DNA of 64,000 bases, taken from assembly GCA_049610685.1 (NCBI GenBank), contig JBMYZU010000010.1, forward strand, positions 2,460 through 66,459, read 5' to 3'. Below, piece after piece: positions 47,949 to 57,497 of this stretch; position 1 is the stretch's first letter; every line of letters starts with the position of its first letter. A program made the translations under genes and the position numbers. The notes under the pieces are model-generated. The model saw only the letters and a list, made by a program, of their open reading frames with translations. It made no database searches and was not told the origin of the DNA. This stretch comes from Chitinophagales bacterium (lineage in GTDB: Bacteria; Bacteroidota; Bacteroidia; Chitinophagales; UBA8649).

Positions 47949-48734
47949 ATGCGGATTATCTCATGGAATGTAAACGGAATTCGTGCCTCGGTCAAAAAAG
48001 GGCTTATCGACCAAATCAATAGTCATCAGGCAGATATCTGGTGTTTCCAAGAAACCAAAGCTCAAGATGACCAAGTCATGGAAGCCCTAAGTGATTTATC
48101 CTCCGAATACCATATTCAAAGTACATCTGCTGTCAAAAAGGGCTATTCAGGAGTCGCCATACTTGCCAAAAAATCAACCTTTGGTGAGGCGACACCCTCT
48201 TGGTCAAGCGGTCTTTCCATCGAAGAGCATGATCAAGAAGGACGAGTATTGCGTGTTGATACTGGGGACTTTCATCTAGTGAATGTTTATGTTCCCAACA
48301 GCAGTAGCGGAATGAAGCGCCTCCCCTATCGGAAAACATGGGACATAGCTTTTGCCAACTACTTAAAAATGCTCCGAGATGAAAAACCTGTGATTGTAAC
48401 AGGAGATTTTAATGTTGCCCATCAACCCATTGACTTAGCGCGACCTAAAGAGAATTACAATAAGACCTCTGGCTACACACAAGATGAGATCGATGGCATG
48501 GATCTTCTTCTTGATCAAGGGTTTTTTGATGCCTTCCGGACGATGAATCCCGATAAAGCAAAGTATACATTTTGGAACATGCGCTTTAAAGCTAGAGAGC
48601 GCAATGTGGGTTGGCGATTGGACTACTTTCTTGTCGACAAAGCCTTACAAGAATCCACTACTTCAAGTGCTGTTTTGGACGACATTCATGGTTCGGACCA
48701 CTGCCCTATCGATCTTCAGTTCAATTTGGGCTAA
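47949..48734 (+). CDS. xth: exodeoxyribonuclease III
   Basis: MRIISWNVNGIRA, QETK and GSDHCPI motifs. Confidence 0.93.
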   Translation: MRIISWNVNGIRASVKKGLIDQINSHQADIWCFQETKAQDDQVMEALSDLSSEYHIQSTSAVKKGYSGVAILAKKSTFGEATPSWSSGLSIEEHDQEGRVLRVDTGDFHLVNVYVPNSSSGMKRLPYRKTWDIAFANYLKMLRDEKPVIVTGDFNVAHQPIDLARPKENYNKTSGYTQDEIDGMDLLLDQGFFDAFRTMNPDKAKYTFWNMRFKARERNVGWRLDYFLVDKALQESTTSSAVLDDIHGSDHCPIDLQFNLG

Positions 48735-48775
48735 TTTTTTATCCGTAAAACCAAGAAGAATCATACCTTTCATTT

Positions 48776-49780
48776 ATGAATGCAGTGTTTCAACAAGCAG
48801 AAGCTCTTCATGAGAAGATAAAAACTGAAGTCATCCAAGATGCTGAGGCTTTCCGAATCCAATACTTAGGAAGTAAAGGGGAAATCAAGGCCATGTTTTC
48901 AGCGATGAAAGATATAGAGCCTCAAGAGCGAAAAGCGTTTGGTCAGCTTATGAATGCGCTAAAAGTTACTGCAGAAGCTCGGCTAAAAGAGGCACAAGGT
49001 GAGCAACAATCCAGCGGGAACGGAGTTCAAAAAAGAGATTACACCACGCCAGGAATTGCCCACAAATTTGGTACACGTCACCCTATCGAACAAACCAAAG
49101 ATCGCATGATCGAAATCTTTGCTAAGCTGGGTTTTTCAATTGCTGAAGGACCCGAAATCGAAGATGACTGGCACAACTTCACGGCGTTAAACCTACCGCA
49201 AGATCATCCGGCAAGAGATATGCAGGATACCTTCTATGTGGATAGTAAGGCAAACATCTTATTGCGCACACATACATCGGCTGCACAAATTCGAGTCATG
49301 GAGAATGAAAAACCTCCAATACGTGTGATCACTCCTGGACGTGTATTTCGCAACGAAACCATATCCGCACGAGCCCATTGTGCTTTTCATCAAGTAGAAG
49401 GCCTATACATTGCGGAGAAAGTTTCCTTTGCTGACTTAAAGCAAACGCTCTACTACTTTGCCAAAGAAATGTTTGGAAGTGATAATATCCGACTCCGGCC
49501 TTCCTACTTCCCTTTCACCGAGCCTTCCGCTGAATTGGATGTGTCATGCTTCATTTGTGATGCAAAAGGTTGCCCGGTCTGCAAAGGCAGTGGATGGGTA
49601 GAGATTGGAGGGTGCGGCATGGTCGACCCTGAGGTGCTAAAATCTGTAAACATCGAGCACCCTAAGTATACAGGATTCGCCTTTGGTATGGGTATAGAAC
49701 GCATTGCCATGTTAGTCCATGGAATCGATGACCTTCGACTGTTTTTTGAGAACGACCAACGCTTTTTACAACAGTTTTAA
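48776..49780 (+). CDS. pheS: phenylalanine--tRNA ligase alpha subunit
   Basis: HPARDMQDTFY, FRNE and GFAFGMGIERIAML motifs. Confidence 0.95.
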   Translation: MNAVFQQAEALHEKIKTEVIQDAEAFRIQYLGSKGEIKAMFSAMKDIEPQERKAFGQLMNALKVTAEARLKEAQGEQQSSGNGVQKRDYTTPGIAHKFGTRHPIEQTKDRMIEIFAKLGFSIAEGPEIEDDWHNFTALNLPQDHPARDMQDTFYVDSKANILLRTHTSAAQIRVMENEKPPIRVITPGRVFRNETISARAHCAFHQVEGLYIAEKVSFADLKQTLYYFAKEMFGSDNIRLRPSYFPFTEPSAELDVSCFICDAKGCPVCKGSGWVEIGGCGMVDPEVLKSVNIEHPKYTGFAFGMGIERIAMLVHGIDDLRLFFENDQRFLQQF

Positions 49781-49864
49781 CGTTCTGTAACGCATTCAGC
49801 ACATTTTCGCCAAGGATTGTGCGTTATAAAAACATTATCTTTGACGCTATTAAAAATTTATATA

Positions 49865-50734
49865 ATGCAATACGCTAAAAATATACTCTTACTGATTGGG
49901 ATCGCTACCCTAGCAACGTCATGTGTATCTAAGAAAAAATATGATATGGCTATAGAAGAGCTCGACGGTCTTCGTATCGAACGCGCTCGATTGGTAACTG
50001 ACCTATCGAATTGTGAAACATCACTCGATTCTTCAAAAGCATCGAACAGCGTTCTTACAGAAGAAAATGTTACGCTAACAGAAGACTTAAACTATTGTGA
50101 GTCTAGCAATGAGATTTTAATCGACCGAATGGCTGATCTATCGGTCATCACTTCCGAAGGTTCACAGCGAATTAGCGAAGCGATAGAAAAACTCTACATG
50201 ATGAATGATAGCATCGGTGAACTCGTAGAGAACATCAATATGAAGGATAGCATGATTGCTACTCTTGAAGGAAACATCCGCAGATCACTTGATGATTTAG
50301 GAGATGAGGATATCAATATTGAAGTGCGAGGAGGCGCAGTATTTATTTCTATATCGGATAAACTTCTGTATACTTCAGGTAGTGCAAACCTCTTACCACA
50401 GGGTGAGAAAGTGATGGAAAAAATTGCAATGATCATCAATGACCATAAAGATTTTGAGGTGATGATTGAAGGCCACACTGATAATCGACCTATCGCAGGG
50501 TATTGTATGAAGGATAACTGGGACTTAAGCGCTCAACGTGCAATCGCAGTAGTTCGAACCTTGCAAGACAATTATCAGGTAGATCCCGCAAGAATGATTG
50601 CAGGTGCACGAGCAGAATATCAACCTAAGGGTGATAACGAAACAGCAGAGGGAAGAAGTGCTAACCGTCGTACTGAAGTGGTTATCCTTCCAAAATTGGA
50701 TCAGTTTTATGATTTAATGATTCCTAACGAATAA
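49865..50734 (+). CDS. OmpA/MotB-family lipoprotein with coiled-coil N-terminal region
   Basis: Internal ATG gives MQYAKNILLLIGIATLATSC (lipobox). OmpA_C motif EGHTDNRPI...NWDLSAQRA...NRRTEV. Confidence 0.8.
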   Translation: MQYAKNILLLIGIATLATSCVSKKKYDMAIEELDGLRIERARLVTDLSNCETSLDSSKASNSVLTEENVTLTEDLNYCESSNEILIDRMADLSVITSEGSQRISEAIEKLYMMNDSIGELVENINMKDSMIATLEGNIRRSLDDLGDEDINIEVRGGAVFISISDKLLYTSGSANLLPQGEKVMEKIAMIINDHKDFEVMIEGHTDNRPIAGYCMKDNWDLSAQRAIAVVRTLQDNYQVDPARMIAGARAEYQPKGDNETAEGRSANRRTEVVILPKLDQFYDLMIPNE

Positions 50735-50760
50735 TCGAAAAACTGCTTACAAAAATTTAG

Positions 50761-50792
50761 AATATGGCGCTGTTTATCAGCGCCATATTTTT
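50761..50792. terminator. bidirectional hairpin terminator between convergent genes
   Basis: Perfect 12-bp stem aatatggcgctg-tttat-cagcgccatatt followed by ttt. It overlaps the last codons of the radical SAM ORF. Confidence 0.75.
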
Positions 50793-51793
50793 ACCCCCTC
50801 GGAGCAATTGTTACACATCGGTATACTTTGTCGAGACCGCTGTACTTGTTCCATAAATGAAGAAGAAAGATCATTGGTCCAAATCGACTGAACCGAATCT
50901 TTAGAATAATCGCCTAAGGCAAATTCAGCGTCCTTATCAAAACAGCAAGGGACCACCTTTCCATCCCACGTCATCACAGCACTATGCCATGCTTTCCAGC
51001 AATGGCGATAACCGCGTTGTTTGAGCTCATACTTTCCCTTCTTATTTTTCCTATACCTAGAATAGGTCGATGAAGACGGCATAAGATCATGGCCATTTTC
51101 AAAATCATAAAGCTGAGCCGTTTTTAAAGAGAAGGCATCAACACCATAGGATTTCGCCATGGATCGAAGCGTATCAATTTCATCTTCATTGGACGAAAAA
51201 ACCACAGTCTGCCAGATTACATGCGGATTCTTATATCCTCCTTTTTCCCGTGCATTAAGTAAGGTTTCTATACCGCGCAATACTTTGTCCAATTCCCCAC
51301 CCTTTCGATAACGACCATAACTCGTTTGAGTACTTCCATCGATTGAAATGATTAATCGATCAAGACCACTGTCTAAAGTTTCCTGCGCTCTACGGGCCGT
51401 AAGGAAGTGCCCGTTCGATGAGGTAACGGTATATAATCCTGCTTGAGCAGCAAGGCCTACCATTTCAGTAAACTGCGGGTGCACATAGGGCTCGCCTTGA
51501 AAATAAAAGTAGAGATAGATCAAATGATCCTTTACCTCATCAACTAGTCGTTTAACATGGTCTACATCAATGGTGCCCGTTGGCCTTGAAAAGGATTGCA
51601 AACCACTTGGGCATTCAGGACAACCGAGATTACAGGATGTTGTTGGCTCAACGGACAGCGTCATCGGCAAGCCCCACCTCGAACCATGACCTTGCCAAGT
51701 TGCTAGCTTATAGGATAGAAGTAGCTTGGACATGTTCGCAAGCTTTTTATAACTCAACTTACCTAGAAACCGCTGTGTATCCTGCCAAGACAT
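50777..51793 (-). CDS. radical SAM/SPASM domain protein (substrate unknown)
   Basis: CX3CX2C motif (EPTTSCNLGCPEC). The C-terminal Cys-rich SPASM-like region reads CWKAW...VVPCCFD...IPMCNNC. Confidence 0.8.
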   Translation of the reverse strand: MSWQDTQRFLGKLSYKKLANMSKLLLSYKLATWQGHGSRWGLPMTLSVEPTTSCNLGCPECPSGLQSFSRPTGTIDVDHVKRLVDEVKDHLIYLYFYFQGEPYVHPQFTEMVGLAAQAGLYTVTSSNGHFLTARRAQETLDSGLDRLIISIDGSTQTSYGRYRKGGELDKVLRGIETLLNAREKGGYKNPHVIWQTVVFSSNEDEIDTLRSMAKSYGVDAFSLKTAQLYDFENGHDLMPSSSTYSRYRKNKKGKYELKQRGYRHCWKAWHSAVMTWDGKVVPCCFDKDAEFALGDYSKDSVQSIWTNDLSSSFMEQVQRSRQSIPMCNNCSEGVKIWR

Positions 51794-51860
51794 ATCGTCA
51801 AATTAAAGGATTCCTACAAGGAAATCCCAATTTAGAGTCTATGGATTGTACATTTATTCT

Positions 51861-52703
51861 ATGAATGTATCATGGAATTCAATCGAAGGGTATAGCGATA
51901 TAACCTATGCCAAAAAAGATGGTGTCGCGCGTATTGCATTTAATCGCCCAGAAGTGCGGAATGCATTCCGCCCAAAAACGGTTGCTGAACTACTAAAGGC
52001 ATTTTATGATGCCCAAGAGGATAATAGCATCGGGGTAGTTTTACTCTCTGGGGAAGGTCCGTCTCCAAAAGATGGTGTGTATTCGTTTTGCAGTGGAGGA
52101 GATCAGAGAGCCCGAGGTAAACAAGGGTACGTTGATGGATCGGGGACGCCTAGACTTAACATTTTGGAGGTTCAGCGATTGATTCGCTTCATGCCCAAGG
52201 TTGTCATTGCCGTCGTGCCGGGTTGGGCAGTTGGCGGTGGGCATAGCCTTCATGTCGTATGCGATATGACCCTGGCTAGTCAAGAGCACGCTATTTTCAA
52301 ACAGACTGATGCCGATGTATCCAGTTTTGATGGAGGATATGGATCAGCCTATCTCGCAAAAATGGTAGGGCAAAAAAAGGCACGAGAGATCTTTTTCTTA
52401 GGAAAAGATTACACAGCACAGGAGGCCCTTGACATGGGTATGGTTAATGCCATCTATCCCCACGAAGAGCTAGAAGATAAAGCCTTTGAGTGGGCACAAA
52501 CGATTCTTCAAAAGTCACCTACGGCAATAAAAATGCTGAAGTTTGCCATGAACCTAACGGACGATGGAATGGTAGGTCAACAAGTTTTCGCTGGAGAAGC
52601 TACTCGTTTGGCCTATATGACCGACGAGGCACAAGAGGGACGAGATGCCTTTTTAGAAAAGAGAAAGCCAAATTTTAAAGATGTGAAGCGCTTATCGCTC
52701 TAG
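51861..52703 (+). CDS. menB: 1,4-dihydroxy-2-naphthoyl-CoA synthase
   Basis: Crotonase fold with IAFNRPEVRNAFRP and FCSGGDQ. Start taken as MNVSW; an alternative ATG lies at 51846. Confidence 0.92.
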   Translation: MNVSWNSIEGYSDITYAKKDGVARIAFNRPEVRNAFRPKTVAELLKAFYDAQEDNSIGVVLLSGEGPSPKDGVYSFCSGGDQRARGKQGYVDGSGTPRLNILEVQRLIRFMPKVVIAVVPGWAVGGGHSLHVVCDMTLASQEHAIFKQTDADVSSFDGGYGSAYLAKMVGQKKAREIFFLGKDYTAQEALDMGMVNAIYPHEELEDKAFEWAQTILQKSPTAIKMLKFAMNLTDDGMVGQQVFAGEATRLAYMTDEAQEGRDAFLEKRKPNFKDVKRLSL

Positions 52704-52722
52704 TCAGTCCGAAAATCTAGGA

Positions 52723-54198
52723 CTATTTCTTTGGGATTTTGAGGTTAACACCCTGTTCAACTAAAAGAACATTTGTGATGGTGTTCTCTCTGAGAATATC
52801 TTCGACGCGCACGCCGTACTCATAGGCAATGTCAAAGATGGATTCACCGAAGCGGACACGGTGATAAACACAATCGCAGTTCTCATCATATTCATCAGAC
52901 TGCACGCCAACCTCATCGGGCCGTTCCCCATCCGATACGTATGGATTTAGTCCTTTGTTTTCTCCTACTACTAATCCCTGTCCCAATTCTAACATCATTG
53001 ACTCCAAATCATTCCACTCCATTAACTCCTCTACGCTTACTGAGAAATTCATAGCAATCTTTTCAAGATAATCTCCTTGCTGAACGTAATAGATGTTTTT
53101 ACGTTCATCATAACCGCCATTCACACGATCACCGCGTAAAACAAAAAATAAGGTGTCGCTTGTCAAATAGATATCTTGCTCCAATGCATAAAATCTCGCT
53201 GATTTATCAGAAGGAACATTCAAAGAAAACCCATTTTGATAGTAGGGAATCCAATCTGTTTTTAGCGAAGGATTCAACCGAGCTAAGTCAGCAGAATCCA
53301 TGTCCAGTGCAGCAGCAATATGGCTAATCTTTAGAGGAGAAAAGATTTCTACAGGGATACTTGGAGTTATGCTGTAACTGGGATAGATTATCGGAATTTT
53401 GTAGTAATCTGCATAGTGCATTGCATAGACCATAGCGGTATACTTTGGGACATACTTTTGCGTCTCACGTGGTAATTGAGGTTGAATATCCCAATAGGTC
53501 CTTCCACTTGCTGTTCTTGAAATGGCCCGATTCACCGTTCCAGGGCCAGCATTATATGACGCCAGACTCACCAACCAATCATCGTATGTCCTGTTTGCAG
53601 CCTTGAGATAAGCAAGGGCAGCTTGTGTTGACTTTATTGGATCACACCGTTCGTCTACCCATGAATCAAGGGTTAAACCCAGTCCTCGTGCAGTAGCTGG
53701 CATGATTTGCCACAATCCTCGCGCTCCAGCATAACTTGTTATTTGAGGATTCAACCCAGATTCGATAAGGGTGAGATATTTTAACTCAATAGGCATTTCT
53801 TCCTGAGCAAGCATTCCCTCAAAAATTGGGAAATAGTATTCCGCTCTTCCTCTTAGCTTGGCCATGTAGTTCCTGGCGGAGTATACCATGGTTCGAATCT
53901 CGGCGATGACCTGATCATTACATTGAAAATTAACCAAGGCAGGTATGGCTTCAAGCTGCGCTGCGATCTCTTCGTCACTTGGCTGCGGCAATTCACTTTG
54001 AGGCAAGCGAATCATTGCTTTGATCTCATCATCGGTCAACACAGCGGTATCCTGCATAATAGATGACTGAATGGAAGAGTCAACATGTGAATAGTCCCAG
54101 TCTGGAATATGAGAATAAAAGAAGCCCCGTTGAGCCTTTACAGAAAAAGATGTAAGGATTATGAGAAATCCAGGAAGAAAAAACCGAAACAACTTCAC
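52723..54198 (-). CDS. lytic transglycosylase (SLT domain) with two C-terminal LysM domains (MltD-like)
   Basis: SLT motif ESGLNP...GARGLWQIMPATA. LysM-like segments YYVQQGDYLEKIA and HRVRFGESIFDIA. Confidence 0.85.
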   Translation of the reverse strand: MKLFRFFLPGFLIILTSFSVKAQRGFFYSHIPDWDYSHVDSSIQSSIMQDTAVLTDDEIKAMIRLPQSELPQPSDEEIAAQLEAIPALVNFQCNDQVIAEIRTMVYSARNYMAKLRGRAEYYFPIFEGMLAQEEMPIELKYLTLIESGLNPQITSYAGARGLWQIMPATARGLGLTLDSWVDERCDPIKSTQAALAYLKAANRTYDDWLVSLASYNAGPGTVNRAISRTASGRTYWDIQPQLPRETQKYVPKYTAMVYAMHYADYYKIPIIYPSYSITPSIPVEIFSPLKISHIAAALDMDSADLARLNPSLKTDWIPYYQNGFSLNVPSDKSARFYALEQDIYLTSDTLFFVLRGDRVNGGYDERKNIYYVQQGDYLEKIAMNFSVSVEELMEWNDLESMMLELGQGLVVGENKGLNPYVSDGERPDEVGVQSDEYDENCDCVYHRVRFGESIFDIAYEYGVRVEDILRENTITNVLLVEQGVNLKIPKK

Positions 54199-54200
54199 AT

Positions 54201-55247
54201 CTAGAGAATTAACATCGCATCCCCATAGCTGTAGAAGCGATACTTTTCTTTAATGGCCTCTTCATAGGCCTTCATGATCAAATCATATCCACCAAAGGCA
54301 CAAACCATGATAATCAAGCTTGATTTAGGCAGATGAAAGTTTGTCAGCATTGAATTAGCAATTGAAAATTCAAAAGGAGGATATACAAAAAGATTCGTCC
54401 AACCTTGTCCTTCTTTTAATCGACCATAGGCTGAGACAGAAGACTCAATGGCCCTCATCGATGTCGTACCAATAGAACAGATTCGTTTTCCTGCATCAAG
54501 CGCAGTATTGATGGTTTCAACCGCCTGATTATTCACCATGTAGAACTCAGCATCCATTCTATGTTTAGATAAATCCTCTACTTCGATCGAACGAAAAGTA
54601 CCAAGTCCAGTATGCAAAGTAACCTCGGCCATGTCCACTCCGTTGAGCTCCAGACGCTTCATTACCTCTCGACTGAAATGCAGACCAGCTGTTGGAGCAG
54701 CAACAGCACCATCAACCTTTGCATAGATTGTCTGATATCGACTTTCGTCCATCTCCTCAGAATCCCTCTTGATATATTTTGGAAGAGGCGTAGAACCCAA
54801 TCCAAACAAGACCCTTCTGAAATCCTCTTGAGAACCATCAAAAAAGAATCGAACGGTTCGTCCACGAGAAGTGGTGTTATCTACTACTTCTGCAACGAGC
54901 TCATCATCGCCAAAATAAAGCTTGTTACCCACGCGAATTTTTCGTGCTGGGTCAACCAAAACATCCCACAACATTTGTTCTTTGTTGAGCTCACGAAGCA
55001 GAAAAACCTCAATTTTCGCCCCAGTCTTTTCCTTTTGGCCGTATAATCTGGCGGGAAAGACCTTAGTATTATTCATGGCAAGGGTATCTCCTTCCCCGAA
55101 GTAATCAATAAAGTTTTTAAAGGTTTTGTGTTCGATGGTTTGTTTTGCACGGTCAATGACCATTAATCTGCTCTCATCGCGCTGCTCAGTTGGAAACTCC
55201 GCAATAAGTTCTTTTGGCAATTCATAATTAAAGTGAGAAAGCTTCAT
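54201..55247 (-). CDS. queA: S-adenosylmethionine:tRNA ribosyltransferase-isomerase
   Basis: [19 protein letters not shown] and other QueA motifs. The ORF-track start at 55256 adds 3 aa. Confidence 0.95.
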   Translation of the reverse strand: MKLSHFNYELPKELIAEFPTEQRDESRLMVIDRAKQTIEHKTFKNFIDYFGEGDTLAMNNTKVFPARLYGQKEKTGAKIEVFLLRELNKEQMLWDVLVDPARKIRVGNKLYFGDDELVAEVVDNTTSRGRTVRFFFDGSQEDFRRVLFGLGSTPLPKYIKRDSEEMDESRYQTIYAKVDGAVAAPTAGLHFSREVMKRLELNGVDMAEVTLHTGLGTFRSIEVEDLSKHRMDAEFYMVNNQAVETINTALDAGKRICSIGTTSMRAIESSVSAYGRLKEGQGWTNLFVYPPFEFSIANSMLTNFHLPKSSLIIMVCAFGGYDLIMKAYEEAIKEKYRFYSYGDAMLIL

Positions 55248-55307
55248 TCGTTCCATCCTCCAAAATTACTACTAACTTGCATTCTTTAGCGAATCTAAAT
55301 TCATTCA

Positions 55308-56564
55308 ATGTTGCGCATTCTATTTCGAAGTTTGTTCACCGGGTTTCTTGAGATCTGGTCTCATAAACTTCGATCTACATTGTCTTTTTTTGGAGTCTTT
55401 ATCGGCGTACTCTGTATTATGACCGTTTTCGCATCGGTCGATTCCTTAGAACGCAACATTTCAGGCAGCATAAACTCCCTTGGAAATGATGTTGTCTATG
55501 TACAAAAATGGCCTTGGGATTTTGGAGAAGGTTATCCCTGGTGGGAGTATATGAACCGGCCAGAAGTCAATGAAGAAGAATACCTTTCCATCCGCCAACG
55601 CATCCGATCTTCCCAAGCTATTTGCTATTTAGAAGTCATTGAAAATCAGCAAGCCATCTCAACATGGAGCACCATGGACGGCGTTAATCTTGTTAGTGTG
55701 TCTGAGGGATATGACAACATCCGCAGCCTGCAGTTAACTAGTGGACGATTCTTTAGTCAACGAGAATTTCACAACGGAGAACCAGTAGCCATCCTAGGTG
55801 GGAGTATTGCCTTAGAGTTGTTTCCTAAGGTCATCAATGCAATTGGCCAAAAAATAAAAATGAATAAAGCAGAAGTTCGTGTCATCGGCGTATTGCAAGA
55901 GGAAGGTCAAGATATCCTTAATCTAAGTTTGGATAATGACATTATTGTATCCAATGCCTTTATCAATAAAACCATGGGAAGGGAAACCTTTGGAAGTCCG
56001 CTCATCATGGCCAAAGTGAAAGAAGGACAATCCATGGATGAGGCCAAGGCTGAACTCGCCTTTCTTATGCGCTCTGTGCGTTATCAAAATATCCAATCCA
56101 AAGACGACTTTGCGATCAATGAAACGAGTTTGTTGGCCAATGCCTTCACTAAAGTGTTTGAAGTAGTTAATCAAGCAGGACTCTTTATTGGGATCTTTTC
56201 CATTCTTGTTGGTGGCATTGGCATTCTCAACATCATGCTGGTTTCTGTTCGTGAGCGTAGAATCTACATAGGAATTAAAAAGGCGTTGGGTGCCAAGCGA
56301 TATGTCATTATGCTCGAGTTTTTGGTCGAGGCTGTTATGCTTTGTTTGATTGGAGGAGGATTAGGAATGATTGCTAGTTATGGCTTCCTTAACGTTGCCA
56401 ACCTCGTTATTGCACAAAGCGGTGCATCGATAGTACTGAGCCTTTCCCAACAGAATATTGTGCTTGGTCTTGGCTTATCTACAGCCATTGGTCTGCTAGC
56501 AGGAGCTATACCTGCTTACCTAGGAGCTTCACTTGATCCTGTAAAAGCGATTCGAAAAATCTAA
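55308..56564 (+). CDS. ABC transporter permease (MacB/FtsX-like)
   Basis: N-terminal transmembrane helix, a periplasmic domain and a C-terminal FtsX-type helical bundle. Confidence 0.85.
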   Translation: MLRILFRSLFTGFLEIWSHKLRSTLSFFGVFIGVLCIMTVFASVDSLERNISGSINSLGNDVVYVQKWPWDFGEGYPWWEYMNRPEVNEEEYLSIRQRIRSSQAICYLEVIENQQAISTWSTMDGVNLVSVSEGYDNIRSLQLTSGRFFSQREFHNGEPVAILGGSIALELFPKVINAIGQKIKMNKAEVRVIGVLQEEGQDILNLSLDNDIIVSNAFINKTMGRETFGSPLIMAKVKEGQSMDEAKAELAFLMRSVRYQNIQSKDDFAINETSLLANAFTKVFEVVNQAGLFIGIFSILVGGIGILNIMLVSVRERRIYIGIKKALGAKRYVIMLEFLVEAVMLCLIGGGLGMIASYGFLNVANLVIAQSGASIVLSLSQQNIVLGLGLSTAIGLLAGAIPAYLGASLDPVKAIRKI

Positions 56565-57496
56565 GGATTTGGCTTAAGGTCCTCTGGACGCAAGACATAG
56601 GTTCCCTGTACAGCACAAGCTGATTTACCTGCTAGAAGACAACGTTCTAAAACTTCTTCGACGCCCAAGGTATTTTTCATGGCGTCAATCGCTGCGGCAA
56701 AGACAGAATCACCAGCCCCACAGACATCGGTTATCGAATGAGAGAGGGCCGATTGATGATGAAAGGTGTCGTTTCGATCCAAAGCAGCAATACCAGCTTC
56801 AGAAAGCGTCACAATAAGTTGATCACATTGCAGTTTGTTCCTAGTATTGCGCATGACTTCTTCTAGATAGTCCAAGTTTGACAAAGCAGCAACATCAATT
56901 TGATTTGCCTCCGCTAGCTCTTTACGATTAGGTTTAAAATAAGAGACCTCTTTGTAAAGCCAAAAGTTATCTTTTTTGGGATCTACCATAACCTCTACTC
57001 CAGCTGCCATGGCCATAGATAATATGCCATTAATCAAATCAGGAGTCAAAAGCCCTTTGTTATAATCTTGGATTACGACAACATCCAACTCTTTTTTTAT
57101 CTCCTCCTCGACCTTGCGAAGTACATCTTCAACTATATCCATCTCAATAGCTAGTGTGCTTTCTACGTCAACGCGCATCTGATAGACTCCATCGACTAGA
57201 ATACGCTGTTTGTGCGTAGTAGGTCTCCCATCCGAAAAGGAAATCACTTCGAGGTTTTTGTGAGTGGCCAACAAGTTTGACAAACACTCGCCTTGCACGT
57301 CTCTGCCAACTAGCCCCATTAGAGAAACGTCCCAGCCTAAGCTGTGCAAGTTAAGGGCTACATTGGCCGCTCCACCAGCAACATAATTTGTTGAATCATG
57401 AAGAAGTATTGGAGCATCAGCTTCCGGAGATTGCCTTGTCTTTGTTCCTTTAAGAAAACTATCCAAGATTATATCACCAAGAACTAATGCGCGCAT
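56561..57496 (-). CDS. PfkB-family sugar kinase, RfaE domain I-like (D-glycero-beta-D-manno-heptose-7-phosphate kinase)
   Basis: MRALVLGDIILDSF, GGAANVA and GAGDSVFAA motifs. ATG at 57496 is preferred over 57526. Confidence 0.7.
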   Translation of the reverse strand: MRALVLGDIILDSFLKGTKTRQSPEADAPILLHDSTNYVAGGAANVALNLHSLGWDVSLMGLVGRDVQGECLSNLLATHKNLEVISFSDGRPTTHKQRILVDGVYQMRVDVESTLAIEMDIVEDVLRKVEEEIKKELDVVVIQDYNKGLLTPDLINGILSMAMAAGVEVMVDPKKDNFWLYKEVSYFKPNRKELAEANQIDVAALSNLDYLEEVMRNTRNKLQCDQLIVTLSEAGIAALDRNDTFHHQSALSHSITDVCGAGDSVFAAAIDAMKNTLGVEEVLERCLLAGKSACAVQGTYVLRPEDLKPNP

Positions 57497-57497
57497 A

